Assembly: GCF_036321535.1 (NCBI RefSeq)
Contig: NC_087437.1
Location: 114,826,001-114,890,000, forward strand
Source: Camelus dromedarius
Lineage: Eukaryota
DNA length: 64,000 nt
Direction of reading: 5' to 3'
The notes under the pieces are model-generated. The model worked only from the letters and a program-made list of their open reading frames with translations. It was not told the DNA's origin and did not search any database. Made by a program: the position numbers and the translations under genes. This document shows positions 1 to 12,314 of the stretch, one piece after another (within the stretch, counting starts at the first letter, position 1; every line of letters begins with the position of its first letter).

Positions 1-1962
1 GCACTTAAGCACAGGAAGTCTTCAGGGAGCAAAAGTGCATGGGGGGTAGGTGTCACCCAACACACACTGTCCTGCGAGCCATCTCTGGGATCCCACAGGC
101 CCTCCTGTCCCTAATCCTGGGTCCGTCGTGAAGAAATCACCCACTACATCATGATGAAGGATTTGGTTGGTAACAGGTGATGATTCCAAGAGGGCAGACC
201 ATCTTGCTGGATTTAAAAACATATACAGGGCTTACAAATCCTCACATTGGAGGAGGCAGTCTTTAATTCTGTCCTGCTTAACAAACAAGCTGGACAACAA
301 GATGCCATTGTGCTGGACAGGATGTCGTGGGATGAGGTCAGGGGTTTTGCTGGTGTTAATAATGACTCTTTGTCCTGGACCCTGTGTTCTTTACTCACGC
401 TTCCAGCTGATGGCCACGTGTGTCTTGCTGAGAAGCTGGCTTTCCTTAGGAAGTCTTCCCTCCACTCAGCAAGCACCCACTCTGTGCAGGTGCTGGGCTT
501 GGGGCAGGGGGCAGGGACCCCAGGTCCCTGCTGCTCAAGGAAGGGTGGGGCACTGTCCTGCGGTCACTGCCAGGGAGGAGGTGGGGCCCAGAAGGGGCAG
601 CTCTGATGTGTGGGGACAGAGTTGCCTCCACCGACCTCCCAGATGCACTGGGTGCCCAAACAGAGCTGACACAGAAAGCACCGATTCCCTGGGCCTGGGT
701 GATGCTGGGCGCTATGCTGAGCCCTCACACACGCTGCCTGGTTTTTTATTCCCCTCAAAAACCCAGCGAAGCAGCGACTGTCCCCACCCCTGCTTTCCAC
801 ATGGGGAAACTGGGTGCAGGGGATGAAATTTCTTTTTGTAGCCTGGCTACTGTTTTCCCTAGTTTAATTCCTTGCTGACACTCTGCCTTTCCGAATTCAG
901 TGGGACTAAAGTTAGCAGGAGGGCCTGGGGCGGTGACTGTCCCCAGTGAAGACGTCCAGTTACAGGGGTTCAGGCGGCCAGCACGGCCCGCTGTTCTAGT
1001 TTGCTGGGGACTGAGAGGCCGCCCGGTGGGGGACTTGAAGCGCTGAAATTGGAACAGTCCCAGGCAAACCATGACAGTCGGTTCCTCCAGGAAGCCCCCA
1101 GTCTGTGGGCTTCTCCAAATGGCCTCTGAGATCCTTCTAGGAACGCCTGGAGGCTGCCTCCAGCCCGGTGGCCACACAGTCTGTCCGGGATTCTGGGCCT
1201 TCGGAGGCTTCTCACAGCACTTGCCTGTCAAGGTCAGTCATTCAGGATCCTGAGCCTAAAGAATGCGGTGTAAAAGCTAAGCCTGCTCGACCCCATTAGT
1301 CTAGGGAAGTGGACCACAAGTTTGTTGGAGGTCTAAATATTTATGGAGAGCAATGACTGCTAATTTTAGAAACCATTAGGTTGCTATATTTAAACTTGTG
1401 CTGGAAGGATTTGCTAATTTAAGAAGTGAGTGTTAATGAGCCCCCAACTCCCAGACACCAGCTCCCCACCCCCTTCTCTGCCGTTACCCACAGCTGCTAC
1501 TGGGATTAGGTCATAATTCAACTTCCCAGCAACCACTTTTCACTTTAGAGCCATTCAATGGAAAAACCACCTTAAATGTACAGATTTCCTTAGAAACCAC
1601 TGAAGGCTCATCCCTGATGCTTTGGAAGGAACCTGCCCTGGCGTGGCCTCCCAGGATGGGCAGTGCATGTGGGGCTCAGCTGGCCTGCAGTTGGCTTCAC
1701 CCCAGGCTACCCTTTTCCTGCAGACGTGCTTGTGGAAACATTTGCTAGAGAGATGTGAGTCCAAGACAAATGTGGTTCTAAGAATCAAGTTCCAAAAAGA
1801 CCTTGACAGGCTGGCTGGGCGGGGCTGAAGGTAGTCCAGATGATGCATTCCAGGAATAAACGTTGGGTCTTGCATTTGGGTTCACAGGGCCCCCGAAGCA
1901 CACTCCTGGGTGGACAGTGTGTGAGTTAGTTGTGCGTGTGAGCAGGATTTAGGGCAGTGCTT

Positions 1963-2150
1963 CCCAAAGACTGCTTCTCGGCATGCTTCGTTTGCGCGAT
2001 GTCTCTCGTGGAAGACGTAGGTTGGATAAAACCTGGTAACTGTTGGACTTCTCATTGATGGTAACATGCAAATGTACATTGGGAGTCTCCCAAAAAGTCT
2101 TTCGTGTGGCATTCCCTCAGCTTATTTGACTAGAGACATCCTTCCCCAGC
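1963..2150. mobile_element. Ancient hAT-Charlie-type MER DNA transposon remnant
   Basis: Begins CAGTGCTTCCCAAA (hAT-like terminus) and contains cttatttgac motif typical of old MER elements; heavily diverged. Confidence 0.35.
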
Positions 2151-2549
2151 TTTGCCAAATGGCAGCTTAAAGTCAAATCACTTTGGCAGGTGGACTTGGA
2201 GGATATAAGTCTGTTGAAAGTTTAATGGAGCAATGATGAGATAGGGTTGCTTAAAAAACAAAGATAATTTTGATTTGGGGGAGGGTTGAATGAGCACAAG
2301 TCAGAGGGTCAGCCAGATGCTCTGATTTGCCCCCAGTAGAGTCTCAGAAAACCCCCGGGCTGTAAACTAATGTGAAAATCTGTGAAGAGCAGCTGTGAGA
2401 AACACCAGACTGCTGTCGGCCCCTTATACTGGATCTGGTTTTATGAGCACCAGATCTGAAAGGCAAGGGTTTTTTTTCCATATAAACTTTTATGTTGTGT
2501 CCTTCCTCTGTTGTCTGTGAGCTAGATTTTTCTTTTTAAGGAAGGAATG

Positions 2550-2571
2550 AAAAAAAAAAAAAAAAAAAAAA
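2550..2571 (+). repeat. A22 mononucleotide run
   Basis: Directly visible. Confidence 0.95.
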
Positions 2572-4430
2572 GGCAGGAACGTACAGCACATGGTGGGTTT
2601 GCTCCCAGCCTGCCTGGGCCCCAGCTGTGTCAGCTTTGGAGCTTCACCTCTGACTTAGGCATCATTTCAGCAGAGGTGGCTGGAGGGCACAGCCTCGCCG
2701 GGACAAGGGGCAAGTGTGTTGTTTCCTGGGTTCCTGCTTCTTTACTGCCTTGTGTCCCTCGGCCCCTACTATGAAGAGCTCTCCTATGGACACACGTGTC
2801 CTTTGTCCTTTCCACCCGCACTGCTGAAGGGGACGTCAGTCCTGGAGCAGGAGTGATGCAGGCTGTACATGGGGAGGCAGGAGTGTGGAAGGGTCTTTAC
2901 CCAGAACCACCCGGGGCCTTCTTGCCTGGGTGAAGAGTTGGGTGATTTGGCCTCGTGCACCTCATTTCAGCTTTTGACTGTCCTGCAGTCGCAGCAGATT
3001 TCAACCCGGCCGGGAACGGCCCATCCCACACAGGGCTGCCCCACAGGCTCCTGACACAGTGTTGGATCCACTGTGGAGGCAGAGGACTTGAACTTTGTCT
3101 CCTAGAATTTTATTGGGAAAATGAAGAGCTGCCTTGAAAGGGAGATGGTCGTTGGACTTTGAAAGAAAGTAGATTTGCTGCAAATTTGATGTTCAGCAAT
3201 TTAAGAAAATGTCTGGTTCCCAAAACTCTAATGTCCTCCCTGACACCCCAACCGGACTCCATCATAGTTTAGATATTTCATAAATGCTAGACCTTGGAAA
3301 CCAAGGATAAACTCAAAGGAGATTTGGATTCATCTAAATGAGATACATTAGCAAAACTACCCAACAGGAGAAAAGAAAAAGGACTTTTATGCTCTATCAG
3401 AAGGAAATAACTCTAACCAGTAATTGCCAAATACATGTTGGATACTTATTTCTTAATAATGTACAAGGCAAGTGGATCTCTTTCCTAGGAGCTTAGGTAT
3501 ACTCCAGAGGTGCTATTTCAGTCCCTTTTCTGACACAAAGATTTAAGAATGATGAGAAAGCAATCAAGTAATAATACCTTGGAAAAACCATTTCATATTC
3601 ACTTAGGATGGGCTGGACTGTGGGGTTTTTGGCTCTAAAAATGAAGTTTCCTTCATTATTATTCCAAACTTTCTGTAACTTTCCTTGGGTTATTTTTCAG
3701 ACTGGCAGGCATCTATATTTTAAATTTATAAGGACTTCTATGCCATCTACACATGGTGTGGAAGAACCACAGTCTTTCCATAAGAGGCAGGACAGAATGA
3801 GAGTTGGGATTGCTAAGATGATTCAAGAAAACCAACGTGAAATATCTTGCCCAAATCAAATAGAAATGACAATTTACAGATTAAAATTTCCCCTCTATTT
3901 TGGATGAGTAAAGAAGAATCTATTTTTTCTAACAAGAGCTGGTTTGGGGGAAAGCCTGTGTTAATACGAATGAAAATCACAGTATGTGGTTAAATGCCTA
4001 TCTAGGCCATTTTCAACTCAGCGAGATTGAACAGACTATTGATTGAGTGAAAACTACAAGCTTAAGTTACCACGACCATAAAAAGCCTACACCGTTTCCC
4101 AGCGGGCATTGTCTCTCTAATTTCAACTCACCAGATTTCATTAGAATCCATTAAAAATGCAGTAGATCAACATGTGAAAATGAAAGGACTGAATTTCATT
4201 TAACAAAATAACCTGGTGCCTTTGCCTAAGTGTTTTTTTCCTGGCCAGATAGTTGTGTAGATTTGCTCTGTTGTTTTCATTTTTTTGAGGGTACAGGTGG
4301 CCAACAGTCTGCTGTGCAAGGAAAATCTTAGAAAAGCAAAACACACAGGTTATAAGCTTATTTTCTAAAGTATTAAATGATGATTTTTTTGACTAATAAA
4401 ATGTTGTCTAGAAAAGCTTTGTATAAGGGA

Positions 4431-4895
4431 TGCTGTGGGTTGAATTGTGTTCCCCCCAAAAGATACGTTGAAGTCCTAACCCCCACTCCCTCCAAAGGTG
4501 ACCTTATTTGGATGAGGGTCATTGCAGAGGTAACTTTTGGTTCAGATGCGGACATACTGAGTACGGTGGATCCCTATACCAACGAGACTGGAGTCTTTGT
4601 GAGAAGATGGCCACGTGAAGACAAAGAAATGGGGAGAACACCATGTGAAGATGGAGGCAGAGGTTGGACTGATGCCACTCTGAGCCAAGGGACAGCAAGG
4701 ATGACCAGTGACCAGCGGAGGCTTGGACAGAGGCCTGGGGCAGATCCTTCCTCGTGAGCATCAGAAGGAACAGACTCTGCTGACACCTTGACTTTGGACT
4801 CCCCACCTCCGGAACTGGGAGAGAATTCATTTCTATCATTTTCAGCCACTGCGTTGGTGGTACTTTGTACTTTGCAGCTCTCGCAGACCAGTACA
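4431..4895 (+). mobile_element. MLT1C-like MaLR solo LTR
   Basis: Starts tgctgtgggttgaattgtgttcccc..gttgaagtcctaacccc, has gccatgtgaagatggaggcagag-like and ctgacaccttgactttggact motifs, ends ..gtaca. Confidence 0.9.
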
Positions 4896-5729
4896 GGTGC
4901 CCAGCTGAATGGTGGCACGGGGAATCACAGGACAAAACAGTCATGTCTGAATGTGAGACTTGGGTCCCCTTCCAGAGGAGGCACTGAGCATGGTCTGATG
5001 GCTTCACATCTACCATGGAAAACTGCAGGTCAGTGGTTCGCTTCATGTCCCAAGGTGTGGAGGACGGAGTCCAGGGAGACGTGAGAGAACATGGCGAGGG
5101 AAGAATGTGGAAGGCCCTTGTGTAGTGGAAACTCAAGAGCCAGTGCCAACCACAGTGGGTAACCCACACAGTGATCAGATGACTCAGCTTCTCCAGGCTG
5201 GAAAAGCATATGAATCCACTGATCCCCCAAAGAGTTTGGGGGGCTCAGTTCCCCAGTTTGTATGTAACTGGCTGGGCTGCACCCAGAGACGTGGCCGACC
5301 TTTTCAGGCTACTGTCTGGTTTTCTTAAATCAACATGTCTTGGCTTCATAGACCAGAAAAACCCAAATTTGGGGTGCAGGCCAGGTTGGGATAAGGCAAC
5401 TCCGATGGTTGCCCAGGCTTTCCCTTGGAAATCCAGGAGAGCACAGTGGGGCCTCCCTCTAGGACTTAACATCAAAACAACAAGCCCCAGGACGCTGGCC
5501 CTGCTGGGCTGGAAACCTCTATGGATAAGACAACTAGTCGATGGATTTTGTAAGCCTGTGAAAATGATTTATTTGAGCACGGAACTGGGATTATATTGCA
5601 GTGACTAAAATGAAGACATAAGACTGAGGTGTACTAATGCTAAGTAACATACAGCTAAAAATGTTTAGTGCTCATTCTCTGTCAATTTTAGCCCCAGGCA
5701 TCCAGAAGCTGAGTTAATAATGAGAAGTA

Positions 5730-5908
5730 AAAGCAATCACAGCCAAATGTACTGAGTGTTCGTGAGATGCCTGACACATGCTAAATGCCTCCACAGATGT
5801 TAACTTGTTGAATCCTTCAGCAAATCTATGATGTGCCTGACATTGTCCTCATTTATGGATGGAGAAACTGAGGCTTGGAGAGGTTAAGTAACTCATCCAA
5901 GGTCACAC
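5730..5908 (-). mobile_element. MIR SINE
   Basis: Reverse-complement MIR core gaaactgaggcttggagaggttaagtaactcatccaaggtcacac. Confidence 0.85.
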
Positions 5909-5919
5909 CTGGGCTGAAT

Positions 5920-6770
5920 CAGGGAGACTAAAGAAGAGTTCTGTGGTCATCCACGTAAGAGATGCTGGCAGTGACAAAGGTGGGTACTGAGAAGGGGTGG
6001 GTTCCTAGATACATTTGAAGGTGAGAGTGGCAGGGTTTGCTGATGGTTTAGCAGTGGAGTGTGAGAGACCGGTGTCAGACATGGCTCCAAGGTCTTGGGC
6101 AACTGGAAGAATGGAATTACCATTTATTGAGGGTGAAGGCAGTGGGAGGTGGGAGTCTCTGCATTTGGAGGGTGGAGGGAGAGGAGTTTTGTTTTGGACA
6201 TGTTGAATTGGCATGGCTGTGACCACCCGGTGGGGGACGGGAACACCACACTTGCATGTATAAGTGCAGCGCTCAGGGAGGGCACGGAGTGAAGAAGTCC
6301 ACTTGGAACTCAACAGCCCAGACACAGGATTGAAAGCGGTGAGATCGGGTAACAGCCCCCAAGGAGTGAGTGTAGACAGGGAAGAGCAGGTGCCTGATGA
6401 CTGAGTCTGGTAACCTTCCAACATGAGAGACTGGGGTCTGAGGGGGAGCCAGCAATGGGCCACAAGGAGTGGCTGAGAGGGAAGAGGCAACCCAGGGGGA
6501 GAGTGGTGAGTGAGGACAGAGTTCCAGGTTGGAGAGGGTGACCCACTGCGTCGTCACCAGACAAATCACATTATCTGAGCACTGAGAAATACGGTTGGAA
6601 TTAGCAACATGAAGGAAACTGGAGACCTTGACAAGCTCAGTTTCGGCAGAGTGCTGGGAGTCGGTTCAAGAGAGAGTTGGGATAGGCACACAGGAGATAG
6701 TGAGCCCAGGAGATTCTTTCAAAGACTTGGACCATCAAGGGGAACCAGGAAATGAAGCAACAGTTGTAGG
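5920..6770 (-). mobile_element. LINE-2 fragment
   Basis: Purine-rich L2 antisense hallmarks: gggtttgctgatggttta, caactggaagaatggaattaccatttattgag, ttttggacatgttgaatt, gaccttgacaag. Confidence 0.75.
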
Positions 6771-6771
6771 A

Positions 6772-7050
6772 CAGGGGTTCTTAATTCCGTAGAATTTAGG
6801 GTACCTGTCATCTTGGATGGGGAAAAGAGTTGCATGATTTATTTCATTGGCCTCCCCCTAAAATGAGCATGTCCTTGTGTTATGAGTAGAGGCAGCCACC
6901 TACAGCAGTGTGACCAGAGCCTGGGACATTACCACCCATAGGAGTTGCGCATGGTTTGCACTGCTTTACAGGTGTTGCAGACACCAGGAAAGATCATTTA
7001 CTGTCGTTGCTATTTCAGAGTTATGGAAGTTATAAGACCCTTGCTGGGGC
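6772..7050. mobile_element. hAT-Charlie (Charlie2-like) DNA transposon fragment
   Basis: caggggttcttaa terminus; cttggatggggaaaa and gttgcagacacc..atcattta..gttataagaccc resemble the recalled Charlie consensus. Confidence 0.55.
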
Positions 7051-7194
7051 TGGGAATGTGCTGCATTGATAGAGAACAAGGGTGGAGGAAGAGGCCGGGG
7101 AGGAGACAGGGTGGAGGAAATGGTGGAAGGACCATCCGCTTAGAAGTTTAGAATGAATTGGGTCAGGTCTGAGATTTCAGCTGGTAGAAGTCCT

Positions 7195-7363
7195 CAGAAT
7201 GGCCTTGCAGATGAAACAGCACACAATGAAAACATGGGTACCCTTGTTCAAAAATGAAGAATTTCAAGGTGGCGACCACAGAGTATCAAACCAGGCTGGC
7301 GCCCTTTCAAAGTGCAGGGTCCCGGGCAGCCGTGCAGGTGGCAGGCCCTTGAAGCCTGTCCTG
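7195..7363 (-). mobile_element. MER91A-like hAT-Tip100 MITE
   Basis: cccttgttcaaaaatgaagaatttcaaggtggcgac..aaaccagg..gcccttgaagcctgtcctg matches reverse MER91A. Confidence 0.75.
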
Positions 7364-9753
7364 CCGGTTATGGATGGAACTGGGGGACTCAGCATTGGGA
7401 TTTTTCCTCCCTGAAATCAAAGAGTGCATCTAGTTTGAATGTTGAAAGGAACAGGAGACACTTGTGCTGTGTTCTGCAGAATTTAAAAATTTGGTTTCGT
7501 AAGTTTGTTTTTTCTTCATTTGAGTGTAGCCCAGATGCCCCTGTAAATTTCTGCCAAAGAGGAGCCTTTTGAAAACAAAGCTATTGCTGGTCTCCTGTGC
7601 CCAAGAGAGGCTGCCAGCGGAAACCCCAGCCGTGTTCCAAATCTCAGCTTTCATTTCTTTCTTGTTCCAGGGAAGCTGTAGGTGCATGGGTGTGTGGCGT
7701 GCACATTCAAGTCCAGGGGTGAACCACTGCCCGTGGGTGGCTTGCCTCTGCACCCCAGAGACCCTGCTCACAGCCTCCCGGTACCCTGGTGGGGGCCCCC
7801 ACCCCCAGGGAGAGAAGAGGATGAGGCACAGAGTTCCATCTTCTCCCTTCTTGCCTTCACAGAGTCACTGCACAGGGGCGGCTCTCTTAGGGCAAGCCCC
7901 AGGTGCCCTCCCAGAAAACAGCGCGCGGTGGAAAATTCCTGTGCGTGGCCGCTGTTGGCCGCCGGGCAAAAAGCCTACGGCCCTGGCAGCCACGCGTCTT
8001 GCCAGCAGTGTGAGGACTCGCCCCCAAGAGAGGATTGTGAAGATCAGCTGGAGGGAGGAATGTTTGAGTTTCAAAGCGCCAAGAATCACTCCTGAACTGG
8101 CAACAGCGACTGTCTGGATTTTTAAAAAGACACCGGGAGCAGCCGGGAAAACAGGCTTTTAGACTGTGTGCTCTATGTAATGTAAGAGATTCTCTGATAC
8201 AAGCGAGAAGGTGAATTTTTTAAAAACAAAAATGGATATATTTGATTTTGTAGATCTTTAAGAAAACTAACTTGGAAAGCAGGAGATATTTGTAGTAACA
8301 CTTTCATGGCACTGAGGGAAGAAACTGTCTCTTCCTTTTTACAGATTTCTCTGCAGATGCTTGGGAAGAATCGATCCATTGTCTAGATGGATAAGTAGAG
8401 GATGGTGAGCCTTAGAGATTTCTAAAGCTCCACAGCCAGGTAAGAATGGAGGCTGGCTTCCGGTCAGACTGATCCTGGGCAGACGACTCAGCCGTACCTG
8501 ACCCACCTGGCTATGGACATCATAGCAGCGGCTTCTCAGAGCTGTCTAGAAGATGCTAAGATATGCAGAAACCTGTAAGCCCAGTAAGGAAGGACACCCA
8601 GTAATGCAAGGGTGTGCTACTGAAGTTTTATCATCGTTGCAGATAAATCTGTTCCAGCTCAACGGGAGCCAACCCAGCAGGTGCCCTGGGGTTGAGATGC
8701 TCAGAGAACATGGTGATCGGGCTACCCTCTGGTTTCCTAAGACTTCAAGACTAAGCTGAGTAATTGAGATTTTTGGCCTTGTAAATGGCAGGAATTAAAT
8801 CTCTCAGTGGGAATGTGCAGCCAAAAGCCAGTGCCCGTGTGGCTCCACGGCCTGGGCACTAATCCCAGGCCTCGTTCTCCCTGGTCTGTGGCCCTCCCAG
8901 CAGGCCTTGGCCCTCTGGCCCATCCAGGGAAGACCGTGGCAGCTACTGGGGATGCAGGGTTCAAGGTAATTGAAGGATGAACTCATGGATCAGACTGCCT
9001 GGAATGTCTCCGCTTCAGTACCATTTTTTACCCTTATTAAGGGAGATCTGTAACTTTCCCGCGCCTTCTCCCAGGCCAGTGTCTGTGTGTTTGAGGGCAG
9101 GGGGGAGGGCTGGGGGAGGATAAGGCTCCCAAGTCTGGAGGCTCTAGACACTCACCGCGCACAGAAGGGGCAGTAACAACCAGCACCCAAGCTGCCCCGT
9201 CCCCTGACACTCCACAGACCTGGTCCTTGCTCCCAGCCCAAGGACGGCCAGCAAGTTCTACCCAAACGCTCAGGAAACGGACTCCATCCTTCCTGGCTCA
9301 TTAGGACACCAGAGCTGGGTCCCCAGGGTCCCCCAGGGACCCCCAGGCCCAGGCACGGCTGGCCTTCTGCTGGGGATATTGCCTGCTGCTCTCCCGGAGA
9401 CCTTCCGCCTGCACCCAGACCTACCGGCGGGGCCTCACAGCCCTCAGACAAGCGACGGCCAACCGCAGACCGCCCCCCCCCCCCGACCCAGTGCCTCACC
9501 CCGCACTCACATGCACGGGCCGTGGAGTCCAGCTGCCTCTTCAGGCCCCTGGCTGCTCTGGGAACTGGCCGGGCACCGGCCGGCGTGACCCGCAGGCCCT
9601 CAGGGATACTGCCGCCCTCCTGTCCTTCCTCTTCCACCAACCAGAAGCTTCAAGTCCAGGGTATTTGAGAGGACAGTGACTAGACAATGACTGTGTCCTT
9701 TGAGAAGGACTGCGTGGGCACACGTGTCATTTGGTTGGGCGGCTCACTGCCCT

Positions 9754-9819
9754 ATGCCCGGGATGAGGCAGCCGGCGAGGCAGACGATGCCCGGGATGAG
9801 GCAGCCGGCGAGGCAGACG
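9754..9819 (+). repeat. Perfect 33-bp tandem duplication
   Basis: atgcccgggatgaggcagccggcgaggcagacg x2 (9754-9786, 9787-9819). Confidence 0.97.
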
Positions 9820-10932
9820 TGCAGGACCAACCAGAAATGTCATTGCTGCACCTTGGAAAAATCCCTGATCCATCTGAGCATAATCATCACCTCCCTAAAG
9901 CACCCTCTGGTGACTCTCCTGGGCTGGGAGGACAAAGCCTTGACCGCCCAGCTGGGCGTGGAAGGCTGTCTAAGGTCCGGCCCAGTCGGGCTGCCCCAGC
10001 TCCCTACACAGGCCGTCGGCTGCGGACACTTGCTCCTCTGCGTCCGTATTCATCACCCCACAATGGACAGCCTGACTCCTGCCTATGACTGCGACCCACA
10101 CGGCTCCCCTCCTGCCTCCCCGACCACCTGGCCTCTCTGAGCTGGTCCCCTGATGGTTGTCTCCACATGGCTCTGGACTTTTGGCCTATTGAGCAACAAA
10201 GAGTTTCTCAACTTGCAGGCTGCTATGGGCCCTGTGGGCATCCGGCTGAGTTTTGATCAAAGAGCAACTGTTTTTTGGCTATAATTGCAGAGATGGATGG
10301 TTCAGTGGTGTCTGTCGGGGAAGTGTGGAGCTGGGAGGGTTGTGGGCACCACTGGGAATAAGGGACAATTTGCTGTTAGTTTGAAATAAGAGATATCATG
10401 AAGGTGGCTTTTTGGGGATGTACAAGTAGGACTTAAGAACCCAGTCAGGCTGGGATTGTTCTGAAATTTAGGACTACACATGAGGCTGGCCAAGGGACTG
10501 GGACATGCTGGGAATGCCTCCAGCCCCTTCAGGTGTGCTGCTGGCCATGGTGGGATTCAGAATGGCTGAGAACCGCAATTCACTTGATACGCAGGTCTAT
10601 CTGCTCCTCATCGATTCCATCACGGGTGCTCCAAGGGCAGCGACTTTGTTCCTATGTTCCTTCTGTGGCATTCATCAATCTGCGTGGCTTTAGTTGATGC
10701 TCAGAAAAGGATACAGTGAAGGAACATAGGTGTGGGCGAATGGCCCTGGGTGTGGACTGTGTCCATGGCAACCAGATTGTGATGGCAGAGACAGGAGCAT
10801 CTTGTGGCTGGGAGTTTGGAGCAGGAGTTCAGAAGTGTCTGTTAAATATTATTGACTGAGGATCATTCCATTGATTTAGGGCAACCTCTGTCCTTATGGA
10901 TATGATGGAAGCCAGTGGATATTTTGGATTAA

Positions 10933-11053
10933 ATGGATGGACGAATGGTTGGGTGATGGATGGAGGATGGATGGGTGGGCAGATGGATGAGACATGAATA
11001 AAGATGGATGGGTGGGCAGGTGGATGATGGATGAATAGTTGATGGATGAATAA
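10933..11053 (+). repeat. Degenerate (TGGA)n simple repeat
   Basis: Directly visible tgga/gatg array. Confidence 0.9.
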
Positions 11054-11441
11054 ATCCATCACCTTTATTCTATCTCAACTGGCCTTCAATGCTTTTTTCA
11101 TTTTTTAATTCTTCATAGAACCAGGCTGGGGTCTAACACACATTAGGAAGTCAGAAGAAGTTTGTAGAACTAATGAATTAATGAAAGGAAAGTTATGTAT
11201 GTGGTTTTCAGTAACTGTTTTGGGTCCTCTTTGATTTGAGCCGTATACCAGCAACGTGAGTCTGAGTTAGCGGACTCAGCTATCTTGCTGGGGTGAAGGC
11301 CACTGTAGAACTTGACTTTGCTCAATTTATCGACAGCATATCCTGTCAGACAAACAAGACTTCCATGAAATCCTGTCTGCACGGTTTAATGTTAACTTTG
11401 CAGAGGTCCGATTTTGGCGAACTCCTCGTATTTATGATGTC

Positions 11442-11660
11442 AGTAGTAACAGTGGTACTGAGCTCACTGTGTACTGGTTGTTGTTTTAAGCACATCACAT
11501 ACATTTACTAATTTTATCCTTAAAACAGTCCTTTGCTTTAGGTACTACTATTAGCCCCATTTTTTGGATGGGGAAATGGAGGCTCTGAGAAGTTAAATAA
11601 CCTGCTCAAGGTCCTACTAAGTGGTGGAGGCGAGATTTGAACACAGGCATCTGGGCTCGT
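11442..11660 (-). mobile_element. MIR SINE
   Basis: ccccattttttggatggggaaatggaggctctgagaagttaaataacctgctcaaggtc..gatttgaacacaggc. Confidence 0.85.
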
Positions 11661-11846
11661 ATCATTCTAAGTCGGCCTTGGAGTGTGGGTTCTGTAGCCA
11701 GAGATTCAATCAACCGCAGAATCACGATTTGAAAACTCTCTACTTTGGAGTTTAAGATTGTACTTCTTGACCTGGAGAATGAACTGCAAATCAGCTTGGG
11801 AGGAATATTACTTTTTCATCAAGTAAGTAGGCTTAACACTTGCCAG

Positions 11847-12314
11847 TGTTTTTGTTTCCTGGGACTTCTGTAATAATGTGCCACAAACTGGGCGGCTTAC
11901 AATAACAAACATTTATTCCCTCACAGTTCACAGCGGGAGGTCAAAAGTCTAAAACCAAGGTGTCAGCAGGGCAGGACTCCCTCTGGGACTCTGGGTGGAA
12001 GTGTTCCTGCCTCTTCCAGCTTCTGGCGGTGGCCGGCAGTCCGTGATGGTCCTTGCCGTGCAGCTGCTTTGCCCCAGTCCCTGCCTCGGTCCTCGCATGG
12101 CCCTCTCCCCGTGTGTGTCTCTCTCTTCACGTGACACTGTCCCTTTCTAAGGACACCAGTCATATTGGATTAAGGGCCTGCCCTCCTCCAGTCTGACCTC
12201 ATCTTAAGTAATTATATCTGCAAAGACCCTATTTCCAAATAAGGTCACATGCACAAGTACCAGGGATTAGAACTTGAACGTATCTTTCTGGGGGACAGAA
12301 TTCAACCCATGACA
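11847..12314 (-). mobile_element. MLT1C-like MaLR solo LTR
   Basis: ccacaaactgggcggctta, caaggtgtcagcaggg, tttccaaataaggtcaca, ends aattcaacccatgaca; near-match 5-bp TSD gccag/gctag. Confidence 0.9.

Noticed and set aside
167..826. 219-aa ORF and overlapping ORFs
   Set aside because: No recognisable domain; multiple overlapping open frames typical of GC-rich non-coding DNA
2233..2326. Box C/D snoRNA (ATGATGA..CTGA)
   Set aside because: No convincing terminal stem or recognisable rRNA antisense element
4519..5169. 216-aa ORF
   Set aside because: Largely runs through an MLT1 LTR
11325..11490. Exon-like frame HILSDKQDFHEILSARFNVNFAE
   Set aside because: Weak donor, runs into a MIR, no recognised homolog
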